From: an uncultured Candidatus Rokubacteria bacterium | Lineage (GTDB): Bacteria > Methylomirabilota > Methylomirabilia > Rokubacteriales > DASRDR01 | Length of the DNA: 64,000 nucleotides | Direction: 5' to 3' | NCBI GenBank assembly: GCA_963805625.1 | Contig: CAWDVE010000010.1 | Coordinates: forward strand, 640,001 to 704,000 | Part shown: one piece after another, positions 48,744 through 59,116 of the stretch | Layout: each line of letters starts with the position of its first letter | How positions within the stretch are numbered: position 1 is the first letter of the stretch | Program-made: the position numbers and the translations under genes | Notes under the pieces: generated by a model | Told to the model about the DNA's origin: nothing | What the model saw: only the letters and a program-made list of their open reading frames with translations | Database searches by the model: none

Positions 48744-49283
48744 TCAACATGAGCGGCCTCTGCACCTGAAGGCCTCGGCGTATTGCGGGTCGCGCTTGAT
48801 TGCTTCGTCGTAGTCTGCAAGCGCGCGAGTGTAATCACCTATGTCTCGATACGCGTTGCCGCGATTCGTATAGATCAGGGCATGCGTGGAATCGAGTCGA
48901 AGGGCTTCGTCAAAGTCGGCGATCGCACGGTCCCACTGGCCCCTGGCACGATAGACGTTGCCGCGGTTGTTATGGGCCTTGAAATCGGTCGGATTGAGAC
49001 GAATCGCCACGGTGTAATCTGCGAGCGCCGAATCGAAGTCATTCCTGTCTTGGTAAGCGAGGCCTCGATTGTAATGGGCGTGGGCGACGTGTGGGTCACC
49101 ACTTCGCGCGTGGTTGATGTACACCGTACAGCCTCGGATGGCGCGATCCGGATCTCTCGGTTTTGTCTGGATGCAATCGGTTCGCGCTCTTCTGACGGTT
49201 GAGTCCTCACACGCCGCCGCCAGGCACAGCGCTGCGCCGAGCGTCAGCAGCCGATGCGTCGACCGCTTCAATCTCACCATCAT
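48744..49283 (-). CDS. TPR-repeat putative lipoprotein, probably 3'-truncated
   Basis: LAAAC lipobox-like motif, AHYNRGLAY / AHNNRGNVY / IYTNRGNAY repeats; ends mid-repeat; visibly lower GC. Confidence 0.8.
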   Translation of the reverse strand: MMVRLKRSTHRLLTLGAALCLAAACEDSTVRRARTDCIQTKPRDPDRAIRGCTVYINHARSGDPHVAHAHYNRGLAYQDRNDFDSALADYTVAIRLNPTDFKAHNNRGNVYRARGQWDRAIADFDEALRLDSTHALIYTNRGNAYRDIGDYTRALADYDEAIKRDPQYAEAFRCRGRSC

Positions 49284-49712
49284 ATTGACCTGTCATCAAC
49301 CAGCGCCCCCTCACACCTCACGAGTGTGGCTGTAGGCGGCGTACCGGGCGTGGCGGCCAGCCCGGTCGACGTAGCGCGATGCGGCCGGTGGAGATCGGCC
49401 CGGGCTGGCCCGTCGGGGCCGCCACCGTCGCCGTGCTCACCGGACCGGACACATCCCGGACGCTGGCGAAGGCATCTGCCCGGCCCCACGCCTCGGGCGT
49501 GGTCGCTGCTACCGTGTAGCCGGGAAACCGCGTCTCCGCATACAGGTGTCGTACAGTGCCTGCCGCTGTTTTTGAATCCTAGGTCTTTTGAGGAGGGCGT
49601 ATGCCTGCACGCCGGCGCTTCGCGGGGCGTACACACCGCGATCGGCATCGACGGAAGACGGCCCCCGAAGGAGATCAGCCGGCCAGGAGGGATACCCGGG
49701 TGGAGTCGGTCC

Positions 49713-49752
49713 TTGACAGATTGCTGTAGTGTACTAGTATAGCCATACAGTA
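49713..49752 (+). promoter_or_regulatory. Promoter with YtrA/GntR-like operator
   Basis: TTGACA..TAGTAT overlapped by TGTA-N12-TACA, directly before the GntR remnant. Confidence 0.6.
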
Positions 49753-49766
49753 TGGGAGTGGCATCG

Positions 49767-49965
49767 ATGCACCAGCGAGTGGACACGCATAGCCCAATCC
49801 CGATCCGCTGGCAATTGACGGCGCCGCGCAACCACGGCACCGAGGGCGGCCGCGCCACGCGAAACCCGGCCCTGCCGAGCATCCGGGAGCTGGCCGGCCT
49901 CCTCGACATCACTCCCAATACGCGCGTGCGCGCCATCGAGGATCTCAAGCGGAGTGGGTACCGGC
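49767..49965 (+). pseudogene. GntR (YtrA-subfamily) regulator, degenerate wHTH only
   Basis: VDTHSPIPIRWQL...LPSIRELAGLLDITPNT..RAIEDLKRSGY. Confidence 0.7.
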
Positions 49966-50158
49966 CGCTTCTCCCCCTGACGGCCGCCGCGCCCTCCTCC
50001 ATCCCGAGGGTGCCCGGGCCCAGGGCGCCGCGTGGGAGACGCTGGCTTCCGTCAACGGGTCGGGGAGGCTCCGCGGGCTGATCAAGAGTCCGTTCGCGGC
50101 GCGCCATGAGGGCGGACATCGGGCCCTATCGGAAATCCCGACTCAGGAGGTCCTGTCC

Positions 50159-50509
50159 ATGAAACTCGAGACTGCAGCGAAGATCAAGTATGGCGTGTGG
50201 GGTCTGATTTGTGGGGCAGTCCTCGCCATGATCATCGGCTTTGCGTGGGGTGGCTGGACCACCTTCAGCACGACCAAAACGAGGACCCAAGAGGCGGTCG
50301 TGGCCAGTCAGGCGGCGATCTGCGTCGCCCAATTCATGAAGGAACCGAACCATGAAGCGAAACTCAAGGAGCTCTCGGACCTCGGGAGCTGGCAGAGAGC
50401 GGAAGCCATCGAAAAGGGGGGCTGGGACAAGATGCCTGGGCAAGACAAGGGTGATTATGCGGTCGCCCGGGGATGTGCCGATGGGCTTGAGCTGCTCTTC
50501 AAGAAATGA
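50159..50509 (+). CDS. Conserved hypothetical membrane-anchored protein
   Basis: AGGAGG RBS, TM segment ending IGFAWGGW, ICVAQF...GGWDKMPG...VARGCA. Confidence 0.75.
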   Translation: MKLETAAKIKYGVWGLICGAVLAMIIGFAWGGWTTFSTTKTRTQEAVVASQAAICVAQFMKEPNHEAKLKELSDLGSWQRAEAIEKGGWDKMPGQDKGDYAVARGCADGLELLFKK

Positions 50510-50558
50510 GCGCGTCGACCGCACCATGGTATCGGCGCCGTCTGCATCGCTGACGTGT

Positions 50559-51208
50559 TCAGGGTCGCCTCGCGACGTCACTCCCCGCGCGATCTTTCGC
50601 GATCGAGATGCCTTCGATATAGAGAACAAAGCCGAGTGCTCGAGCTTTCTCCAAGTCTGACGTCTTGATCCGATACACGTTCATCGTGCCCGTCGACGCG
50701 CCGCACATCCGCGGGTGTTGAATTCCGTCCGATTTCTTCGCCTGTGCCTCGACGGCGATGCTCGCGGCACGCAACTCCTTCTCCATTTGCTCCAGGGACA
50801 CGGGTTGACCCATTTCACATTGCAGGCTCCCGTCATACTTCGCGACGTCGATTGAGGGACTGTCATACACCCAGGACTGAAATCTCTTGACTCCCTGTGG
50901 GTCACCCGGTATTCGCGGCAAATCATCCTTCGCAATCTCATAGACGTTCGCGATGCCGGTCGGGGCTCCACACAGGGCCATGATGAAACCCGGCACGACT
51001 CGCTTCTCGCTTGAGAGGACTGTGATTGTTGACGGCCGTGAGCTCCTTCGCCATGTCATCCAGGGGCACGGCCTGCCCCATTCCGCATTGAAGGCCGCCA
51101 TCGTACCGGAATACCCGGACGGTGTCGGCCGACAATCCCGGCCCAGTCATCACGACCGTGAATCCTGCCGCCAGGGTAGCGAGTCGCCAGGTTCGCTTCG
51201 CGTTCCAT
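50559..51208 (-). pseudogene. Frameshifted secreted protein with a duplicated Cys-pair domain
   Basis: Two copies of YDG.LQC.MGQ.V.L..M.KEL...CGA.TG..NVY.I split across frames. Confidence 0.65.
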
Positions 51209-51488
51209 CCTCCCGGTGAAGTTGTCGACGAACTCTTGCAATGCCCCCACGGCATCCTCAGGTCCAACGGGATACGAATCCATGTTCGCAGACCAGCACC
51301 ATGATCGACCGCCCTGGGAGCCGAGACGAACCGGTCGCGCCGACCGGCGAAGTCCGCCGGGCCCGGGCCGCCACCTTATGCCGTCTTGGCTCCATCGCGT
51401 GGGTCGCTAGCCCGCGTGCGCCGGTGCGGGGCCGGGGGATCCATGCCCGCTGTCCCTCACGATCCGGTAGAGGACCCACCCGCTGGCG

Positions 51489-51674
51489 TCATGACCGCCG
51501 GAGGCGCTCCGCCCGCTCGAACAAGCTCAGGCGGCTTCTTCGCGGAATCGATGGATGCTCCGCGAGCACCGCCTTCCGCCCGAGCCGGACGGCCTCCGTG
51601 GGTAACGGCGCCTCGATGCGGTAACGCGCCAGGATCCCTCGCCTCTCGTTGTAGAACTGCATCACCCAATTCAT
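51489..51674 (-). CDS. Small hypothetical protein
   Basis: GAGGGGG RBS; MNWVMQFYNERRGILARYRIEA...; tail may be frameshifted. Confidence 0.45.
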   Translation of the reverse strand: MNWVMQFYNERRGILARYRIEAPLPTEAVRLGRKAVLAEHPSIPRRSRLSLFERAERLRRS

Positions 51675-51908
51675 CGCCGACCCCCTCGTGCGACCCTGCG
51701 GCGTCCGCGGGCCGTGACCGCCGGTGACTCCACCGCCGTCCTCAGATGCGACCCGTCATGAACAGGACAATGCGCACCAACAGCACGAGGCCGACGCCTC
51801 CGCTCGGGCCATACGGAGAGTTCTGGCCAGGTCCTCGGCGACTCCCAAGGAGCGCGAAGGCCGAGGCGCGTCCCGGTCGACACCGGCACGGGCCTCGACC
51901 TCCGTGGA

Positions 51909-52355
51909 TCAGGCGGCCTTGACGGCGATCATCTTCCGCGTCGTCACTTGCGGCGCGGGAATCCTCACCTCGAGCATCCCGTTCGCATGCTTCGCCTCCA
52001 CGTGGGCGACGTCGACGCCCTCGGGGAGCTGGAAGCTCCGCTGGAACGCGCCGTATGCGAGCTCGCGGACGAAGTAGTCCTGGCCCGCGGTATCGTGATC
52101 GGCCTTGCGCTCACCCTTGACGGTGAGGACGTTGTCCATCCAGGACACCTCGACGTCCTTCGGATCCACGCCCGGCATGGCGAGCTGGATGACGTAGGCG
52201 CCGTCGTCGATCCGCCCCTCAGCGGCGGGAAGCCACGCGGGGGCACGCGGGGCGGCCTCGTCCGTGGCGCCGTTGAAGAACTCCGGGAACAGCGCGTCAA
52301 CGTCGTGGTGGAAGTGGAACTTCCGAGCGGGGGACCAGCGAAGCATGGTGGTCAT
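51909..52355 (-). CDS. Hsp20/alpha-crystallin small heat shock protein
   Basis: WLPAAE, MPGVDPKDVEV, LTVKGER, YGAFQRSFQLP, NGMLEVRIP. Confidence 0.93.
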   Translation of the reverse strand: MTTMLRWSPARKFHFHHDVDALFPEFFNGATDEAAPRAPAWLPAAEGRIDDGAYVIQLAMPGVDPKDVEVSWMDNVLTVKGERKADHDTAGQDYFVRELAYGAFQRSFQLPEGVDVAHVEAKHANGMLEVRIPAPQVTTRKMIAVKAA

Positions 52356-52445
52356 GGTGCTCTCCTCTCAAATACCTCAGTACCCAAAGACTCAAACTAA
52401 CTTAGCCGCGGATGAAACACTTCTGCACGGAACGCCCCACGGACT

Positions 52446-52604
52446 TCATACCATCCCCGATGGACTGCCGAAACCCTGGGCGCTTTTTTCCAGCTTCTCG
52501 ACGACGGGCCTGGACTGCGCGCCTGCGGGGCCGGCGCTTCCGGCGAGGGCCAGGAGGATCATTGCAGCCGTCAGGTTCGAAGTCCCCGTCCCTTTGGCAT
52601 TCAT
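52446..52604 (-). pseudogene. 52-aa signal-peptide ORF, probably truncated
   Basis: GAAGGGAG RBS; MNAKGTGTSNLTAAMILLALAGSAGPAGAQSRPVVEKLEKSAQGFG...; below the ORF-track cutoff. Confidence 0.5.
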
Positions 52605-52641
52605 CGCGTGTGTCTCCCTTCCCAAAAAGCTCTCACTATCC

Positions 52642-52682
52642 TACTGTCCTAGTACAGTAATACACATACCCGATTCTGTCAA
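52642..52682 (-). promoter_or_regulatory. Promoter with palindromic operator, paralogous to 49713-49752
   Basis: TTGACA, 17-bp spacer, TACTGT; palindrome TACTGT-N6-ACAGTA. Confidence 0.6.
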
Positions 52683-52769
52683 TGAGCCGCTCCCCCGTGG
52701 AGTCCTGAGTCGATAACCGCGAGCGGATCAGCACATCGCCCGCCGGTACCAGTGCGGGGAAGACGTCGT

Positions 52770-52926
52770 CGGTGAGTCCCTGCCCCGCGTCGAAGGCGAA
52801 GAGCGTCAGATTGCCCCCAGAGGTTTTGCCAGCACTCGGCTCGCGATTCCCTGCTCGGTGAGCGCGATGACCGAGTGGAGTTGCAGCGCCTTTGCCGGGG
52901 GAATCGTCGCCAGTGCTGGAGGACAT
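52770..52926 (-). pseudogene. Cupin remnant
   Basis: EQGIASRVLAK / SGGNLTLFAFDAGQGLT in shifted frames, truncated before the metal-binding His. Confidence 0.6.
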
Positions 52927-53667
52927 GCGGATCTCCTGTTCCGCTCAAGTCGGACGCCGCGCGACGGCCTATGACGACAGACGACAGTCTATCCTGTGGC
53001 GGCCCGCCGTCAGACTCCGGAAGTGGGCGCCGGATAATCACCTCCCTCCGGTGTCTGAGACGGGCATGGCCCCGGGGCGGAGCGCGGGATCATCCCGTCA
53101 TCCGTTTCTCACGCTGCGACCGCATGGTAGGGTTCGAGCATGGACCCGCTCGCGAGCTCGCCGTGGACCGTGCCCGAGACGGTCGGTCCTCGCGCCTTGT
53201 TGGGCCGCCGTGACCTGCGCCCGAGCGGCGACGTCCACGCGGTCCCGGATGAGCGGCGGCGCCACCGCTCCTGATGGGCAGGAAGAGCCGGGGACAGGGC
53301 CACGAGACCGCGTTCAGGTCGCAGCCCGGCGGGCGGCGGCCGCACCATGGGCTGGCCTCCGCCACGCCCTTCGCAGGCTCCTTCCCCTCGAGAGCCCACT
53401 CAGTTCGGGCCGGGAAGCGACGGGGATCAACGCTCCTGCCGCCCAAGGGCGTCATCGTGGGGGTGCTCGCGACCGCCGCGGACGGCTATTCGTCATCTTC
53501 GCCGAGCAGTTCTAGCGCCTCGCGCGAAATCAGCCCAGGCGTTTCAGGCGAGAGCGGTCATGGCCTCCAGGGTCTTCCCCGCGCCCACGCCGATCCTAGC
53601 GACCCGCGCCATCAATGCTGTCTCGGAGTTCACGCGACCCCTCTTCCATGGGATCATCGCTCAGTAA

Positions 53668-53970
53668 ATGCCGTTGATCAGCCTGACCATCCAGCACGGT
53701 CAGACCCAGGACGAGGCCAGACGCCGTCTTGAAACAGCGGTTCACGACATCTCCACGAAGTTCGGACCAATGCTTCGGCGGGTCGAGTGGGCAGCCGACC
53801 GCAATCGGGTGAGACTCGAAGGCGTCGGGTTTTGGATTGAACTGTGGGTCGACGCCCACGCCGTCAATGTGACCGGTGACGCTCCGATGCTCGGCCGACT
53901 ACTCGGCAGTCCACTGGTCTTGCGACTCAAGCAAATTGTCGAGCGGACTTTTCAAAAACAGCTACCATGA
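53668..53970 (+). CDS. Polyhydroxyalkanoic-acid system family-like protein
   Basis: MPLISLTIQHGQTQDEARRRLE...VEW..D..RV. Confidence 0.6.
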   Translation: MPLISLTIQHGQTQDEARRRLETAVHDISTKFGPMLRRVEWAADRNRVRLEGVGFWIELWVDAHAVNVTGDAPMLGRLLGSPLVLRLKQIVERTFQKQLP

Positions 53971-54334
53971 ATCGGCACTGCGGCCCCGTCCCCGCACGCC
54001 GTCCCTAGATCGCGCCTGCCCTAACTGGAAGACTTTCTTCCCGCGATTGCCATCGACTGGAAACATCCATTTTCCATTTCGCGTATCCTCAGACCCTCGC
54101 GCCCTGGCACTTTGCGGCCAGGGTGATATTCCGAACGCCTGTCGATGGGGCTCGCCGGGCTTCAGCGGCGCTCGGCCTCCGGCGTGCGGGCGTCCCGTCG
54201 ATAGGGACGTCAAACCAGTGAGCCGAACTCGACGTCGACCGGCGTGGGAGTATGGACGAGCGCGCTGAACTTCAGGTTGCCATTCGAGAGGTGGATGCGA
54301 AAGACTGCGATGCTGTCGGTGTTTGGGTTGGCCG

Positions 54335-54560
54335 ATCTCCGCGCGCTCGGACAACTGGTCGCCTGGGCGCGGACTGAGTCGCCGGCCGAGCTCGCACGAC
54401 AGTACGCCGAGGGGCTCTTCGCCGGGCTCCGCGTAAAGGCCACGACGCGGAAGCAGACGAACGTGCTCCAGCACATCGCTGGCTCCCTCCGTGAGGCCCT
54501 GGACCGGCGAGACCGGGAGGAGCTTCACGGGACGATTCGCCGATTACCACCGGGGGCTCG
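54335..54560 (+). pseudogene. YbgA/DUF1722 C-terminal fragment
   Basis: LRALGQLVA...Y..GLFAGLRVKATTRKQTNVLQHIAG.LR..LD..DREEL. Confidence 0.7.
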
Positions 54561-54649
54561 CGCGGAAGTAGCGAGATTCTAAGAGCCCGCTAGCAGCGGG
54601 CGAAACTTCCAGAAGCACTTGGCCCCCACGCGCGTGCTCGGAAATCCGG

Positions 54650-55467
54650 CACGTTACACGCGCGGGCGTTCCCCACCGCGCACTTCGGTACGGGGGCGCC
54701 GACCTGGGCGGCCGTGACCGCGGAGGCGATCACGGACTTCGTCCGCATCCACGCCGCGACACTCACGCCGTCGGAATGCCGTGCCCCGGCCACGGCCACC
54801 CGGGCGTTCCTCCGGTTCCTCTCGACCACGGGAGTGATCCGCCCAGGTCTGGACGGAGCGGTGCCGACGGTCCGACAGTGGACGCTGGCGACCTTGCCGC
54901 GCGCCCTGACGGCGGACGAACTCGAGCGGGTGTTGGCAGCGTGTGACGACGCGCGTGCCACGGGGCCGCGCGATCGAGCGGTGCTGCTCCCGCTCGGACG
55001 TCTGGGGTTACGCGCCTCGGAGGTCGCGGCACTTCAGCGGACAGACATCGACTGGCGTGAGGGTCAGGTCCGCATCCGAGCCGGGAAGTCTGGCTGCGAA
55101 CGGCACCTGCCGTTACCCGAGGACGTGGGGGGCCGCTCTCGTGGTGTCGTTGCGCCGGCCGCGTCCAGCGCCGGAATGCCGGACCGTGTTCATGCGGGCC
55201 CGTCCCCCCTATGGTCCGCTGACCGCCGCGGCTATCGGCGACCTCGCCCACCGAGCCGTGCGCCGGGCGGGCGTGGTCACTCATCGGGCCGGAGCGCACA
55301 CGTTCCGGCACACCGCGGCGACTCAGATGGTGCAGTATGGCGTCTCGTTCAAGGCGATCGCCGACGTGCTCGGACATGCGCGTCTGCAGACGACCGCGAT
55401 TTACGCCAAGCTCGATGTGCACACGCTCGCGGCCGTCGCGCTGCCATGGCCGGGAGGCGGGCGATGA
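54650..55467 (+). pseudogene. RitA-like tyrosine recombinase, 5'-truncated, frameshift at G-run 55127-32
   Basis: RDRAVL..LGLRASEV; HTFRHTAA, LGH...TTAIYAK in the second frame. Confidence 0.85.
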
Positions 55468-56412
55468 CGGCGACGGAGCTGCGCGACCGGCTGGACTCAT
55501 ATCTCGCCCTCCGCCGGGCGCTCGGTTTTGCGATGCGTCCTGACGAGCGACTCCTGCGCAGCTTCATCGCGTTCCTCGAACAGTGTGGCCTGGATGGCCC
55601 GCTGCGTGCCCAGTCCGTTCTCGAGTGGGCGACAGGGATCCGGTCTGGGCCCGGCCATCAGGCGCACCGCCTGACGGTGGCCCGCGGATTCCTCACCCAC
55701 CTGCGGGCGCTGGATTCACAGGTGGAAGTGCCGGGCCCGGGGTTGCTCGGTCTGGCCAAACGACCCGTGCCCCACATCTACACGGCCGCCGACATCGCCG
55801 CGCTTCTCTGCGCGGCGCGGGCTCTCGGGCCGCAAGACTCGTTGCGTCCGCACACGATGGCGACCCTCATCGGTCTGCTGGCCAGCTGCGGGCTGCGCGC
55901 CCGGGAAGCGCTCCGCTTGCGGTTTGACCGACGTCGACCTCGACGCGCAGCCTCCGCGCCTGCTCATTCGGCAGACCAAGTTTCGGAAGTCGCGCATCGT
56001 GCCGCTCCATGCCACGACGGCGGCTGGCCTGCGAGACTACGCGGCGCATCGCACGACTCTCGGCTATGACGACCGCTGCGACACGTTCTTTGTCTCGCCC
56101 GGCGGCGCTCCGCTCACGCACCGCGCGGCCAGCTGGACGTTCGCGGGCCTCGCACGCCGCCTGGGCCTCCGTGGACCTGTGGGGGTGCGAGGCGTCAGCG
56201 TGCGTCACCTGCGCCACACGTTTGCGGTGGAGCGCTTGGCCGCCTGGTCCCGGGCGGGAGCCGAGGTGCGGGCCCGCCTCCCGGAGCTCTCCGTGTACCT
56301 CGGTCACACCAAGCCCCAGAACACCTACTGGCACCTGACGGCGACCCTGCCTCTGCTCGAACCTGCGGCCGCCCGTTTCGACGCCTACGCCAGCGGGGAA
56401 AGTGCGCGATGA
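55464..56412 (+). pseudogene. RitB-like tyrosine recombinase, frameshift ~55924
   Basis: YLALRRALGF, PHIYT, GLRAREA; TKFRKSR, HLRHTFAV, YLGH...TYWH (His at the usual TYWY Tyr). Confidence 0.85.
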
Positions 56413-57406
56413 GCGCCGCGGGGTCCGCTGGCGCGCTCATTCAGGGCTTCTTCGTGGACCACCTCGTGCGCCACAAACGTGTCAGTGCCCAGACCATCAG
56501 CGCGTACCGTGATACGTTCCGGCTCCTGCTTGGGTTCCTCCAGAACACGCACGGCATTGCGCCCGCCGCCGTGCGGCTCGCCGACCTCGATGTCGCCCGC
56601 ATCCTCGCGTTCCTGGACCACCCGGAGCAGCAGCGCCACAACACCGTCCGCACCCGGAACGCGCGCCTGGCGGCCGTCCGCTCGTTCTTCCGGTATGTGG
56701 CCCTGCGCGAACCCGATTCCCTCGACCTGATCACTCGGACTTTGGCGATCCCGACCAAGCGCACGGACCGTCAGCTCGTCGGCTACGTCACCCGCGCCGA
56801 GATGGCCGCGCTGCTGGGGCCCCCGACCGCACCCGGCGGGCGGGGCGGCGGGACCACGCCCTGTTGCTCACGCTGTATAACTCGGGAGCCCGCGTCTCGG
56901 AGATCACGGCCCTGCGGCGCACTCAGGTCAGCCTCGGCGTCAGCCCCTCGATCGAGCTGCACGGCAAGGGCCGGAAAGAGCGCGTGGTTCCGCTCTGGAC
57001 TCGGACCGCTCGCGTGTTGCGCGGGTGGTTCTCCGAACTCGGGGACGGGACGGATGGAGTGGCGTTCCCGAACGCGCGCGGCGGGCCCCTGACGCGCCAC
57101 GGCGTCATGTACCTCCTGGACCAGGCTGTCAACCGAGCCCGCGCGACCTGCCCCAGCCTGGCTGCCAAGCCGATGTCGCCCCACATCATCCGACACACGA
57201 CGGCGATGCACTTGCTCCAGGCTGGCGTCGATCCCGCCACCATCGCGCTGTGGCTCGGCCACGAGAGCCTGGAGACCACGCACATGTACGTCGAAGCTGA
57301 TCTCGCCATGAAGGAGCGAGCCCTCGAGCGCCTGGCGCCGCTCGGTCCCGGCGCCCACCGCTTTCGGGCCGACGACGCGCTCCTGGGCTTCCTCGCCGCG
57401 CTCTGA
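56409..57406 (+). pseudogene. RitC-like tyrosine recombinase, frameshift ~56818
   Basis: TISAYRDTFRLLL, TRNARLAAVRSFF; GARVSE, GKGRKER, HIIRHTTAMHLL, WLGHES..TTHMY. Confidence 0.88.
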
Positions 57407-57580
57407 TTATGTTGAGTCACCTCGCCCGCCGAGGCCGTTCCCCGCCCTCATGCCCGGCGGGCTCACCATAATCCGGCGCTCAACATGACGGCCAGTCGTG
57501 GACACCTGAAAACCGGCCAGTGAGGTAGCCGCGCCCCAAGACGTTGACGGCGGCGGGGAGGCTGTGGTCTCCCGGCCGAC

Positions 57581-57870
57581 ATGACCAATATCTTGGGCGA
57601 CGACACGCAGCAGCAAGTCCTGGCGTTGGGCCGGCTCGGCTGGCCGCTCCGCCGCATCGAGGCGGCGACGGGGGTCCGGCGCGAGACGGCCAGTGCGTAT
57701 CTGAAGGCGGCCGGGATCCCGGTCCGCCTGCCCCGCCGGCGCCGCCCGCCGGTGCCAAAACCGGCCAGTAAAGTGTCCACCGACTTTGGCGGGCCCCCGG
57801 CGACCCCGGACCCCCTCCCCACCTGGCCCCCGCCGACGAGCCGCGCCCCGACCGCCAGCCCCTGTGAGGT
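57581..57870 (+). pseudogene. istA: IstA-like transposase N-terminal HTH fragment
   Basis: QQVLALGRLGWPLRRIEAATGVRRETASAYLKAAG...ASPCE; no DDE core. Confidence 0.7.
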
Positions 57871-57872
57871 CT

Positions 57873-58685
57873 CTAAGCCGTCGCGACGATCACGTGCGCT
57901 TGGATCTTTCCCGCCACCGAGCCGTTGCCGCAGCGGCGGGCGATTGCCTCCGTCGCCAGGTCGGTGGCGCGCTGAAGCAGGCTCGCGTCGCGCGCCTCGA
58001 TCTCGTTGCGCAGCGGCGTCCCCTGGCAATAGGCCGTTGCCGCGTGGCCGGCGGAGCGGGCGCGACTGACCTCCTCGATCGTCCGAATGTCGATGTTCGA
58101 AAATCCCGCGCTCCGCAATTCGTCGCGGATCAGGGCGGTGTCATGGTAGCCGTGGGGCGTGCGGGCAAGGAACCGGGGCGGGTCGGCAGGAAAGAGCGAC
58201 GCCACGGCTTCGGTGACGTCCATGGCGAACCCGTTCTCCTCGATCCTGTCCCAGACATTGAAGACGAACCGGCCGCCGGGCTTCAGCACACGGTGCGCCT
58301 CCGCGTAACCCGCGAGTTTGTCGGGAAAGAACATCACGCCGAACTGGCAGCAGACCGCGTCGAACGCGGCGTCCTCGAACGGCAGGTCGAGGGCGTCCGC
58401 CTGCCGCCACTCGATGCGCGGGTCCGGGCCCTGCCTGCCGGCGGCGTAGTCGAGCATGGGCTGGTTCAGGTCGGTCACCACGTAGCGGGAATTTTCCGGA
58501 AGCCGCGGTGCGACGGCGCGCGTGACCACGCCGCTGCCAGCCGCCGTCTCGAGAACCGAGCGTGGCGAGCCCGAGGCGACGCGCTCGGCGAGGTCGAGCG
58601 CATAGGCCTCGAAGATCAGGGGAACCATCAATGTGTCGTAGAATTCCGGGATCGATCCCGCGAACACGGTGTCGCTTCTCGACAT
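57873..58685 (-). CDS. Class I SAM-dependent methyltransferase (UbiE-like)
   Basis: FAGSIPEFYD, LETAAGSG, TDLNQPML, ADALDLPF, CQFGVMFFPD; GGGAGG RBS. Confidence 0.9.
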   Translation of the reverse strand: MSRSDTVFAGSIPEFYDTLMVPLIFEAYALDLAERVASGSPRSVLETAAGSGVVTRAVAPRLPENSRYVVTDLNQPMLDYAAGRQGPDPRIEWRQADALDLPFEDAAFDAVCCQFGVMFFPDKLAGYAEAHRVLKPGGRFVFNVWDRIEENGFAMDVTEAVASLFPADPPRFLARTPHGYHDTALIRDELRSAGFSNIDIRTIEEVSRARSAGHAATAYCQGTPLRNEIEARDASLLQRATDLATEAIARRCGNGSVAGKIQAHVIVATA

Positions 58686-58862
58686 CCAATCCTCCCGAGA
58701 GATAAGTCCGACACAGGCGATGCACTCTGCCGTATTTCACGGCGCAGGAACACTCAGCCCATCCCCTCCGGCCTCGGATGCAGGAAGCGCCACGGTAGAA
58801 CCCTCGTGCTGGGGGCGCTCACGCCACTGGCCGGTTTTGACCTGTCCACCACTGGCCGGTCT

Positions 58863-59072
58863 TCAGGTGTCCACCGAGGAGGAGACGCCGGGACTACTTG
58901 CCATCGCGGCGCGCGCACGCCGTTCGATCTCGGCGATCCACTCGGCCTCGGTACGCTGCTCGCTTGGCGTATCAGGCTCCAGCGTGGCCAGCAACTCCCC
59001 GGCCAGTTCGGCCCGCTGGTCCAGCGGCAGCCGTAGAGCTTCTTCGAGAAGCCGTTCCTTGGCGCTCGCCAT
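58863..59072 (-). pseudogene. Addiction-module antitoxin component, 3' end interrupted by IS end
   Basis: LLEEALRLPLDQRAELAGELLATLE...EWIAEIERRA; last codons read into the IS21 repeat. Confidence 0.75.
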
Positions 59073-59116
59073 GGTGCGATTCTACTCTCCCCGTCCACGT
59101 AGGCCACAGTGAGCTT

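Larger units (their letters stand above)
54650..57488 (+). mobile_element. RIT element (recombinase-in-trio), degenerate, left end missing
   Basis: Three tandem tyrosine recombinase genes with ATGA overlaps; terminal boxes TTATGTTGAG (57407-16), CTCACCATAA (57462-71), CTCAACATGA (57479-88). Confidence 0.85.
57489..58879 (+). mobile_element. IS21-family remnant: partial left end, istA 5' fragment, right end
   Basis: Left CGGCCAGTCGTGGACACCTGAAAACCGGCCAGTG (57489-57522) is an inverted match to CACTGGCCGGTTTTGACCTGTCCACCACTGGCCGGTCTTCAGGTGTCCACCGAGG (58825-58879). Confidence 0.75.

Noticed and set aside
52375-52396. HAIR-like (HspR) inverted repeat CCTCAGT-N8-ACTCAAA before Hsp20
   Set aside because: Spacer is 8 rather than 7 with three mismatches to CTTGAGT-N7-ACTCAAG; suggestive only
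52930-53660. Several overlapping ORFs in both orientations
   Set aside because: No motif or consistent coding frame; probably degraded DNA
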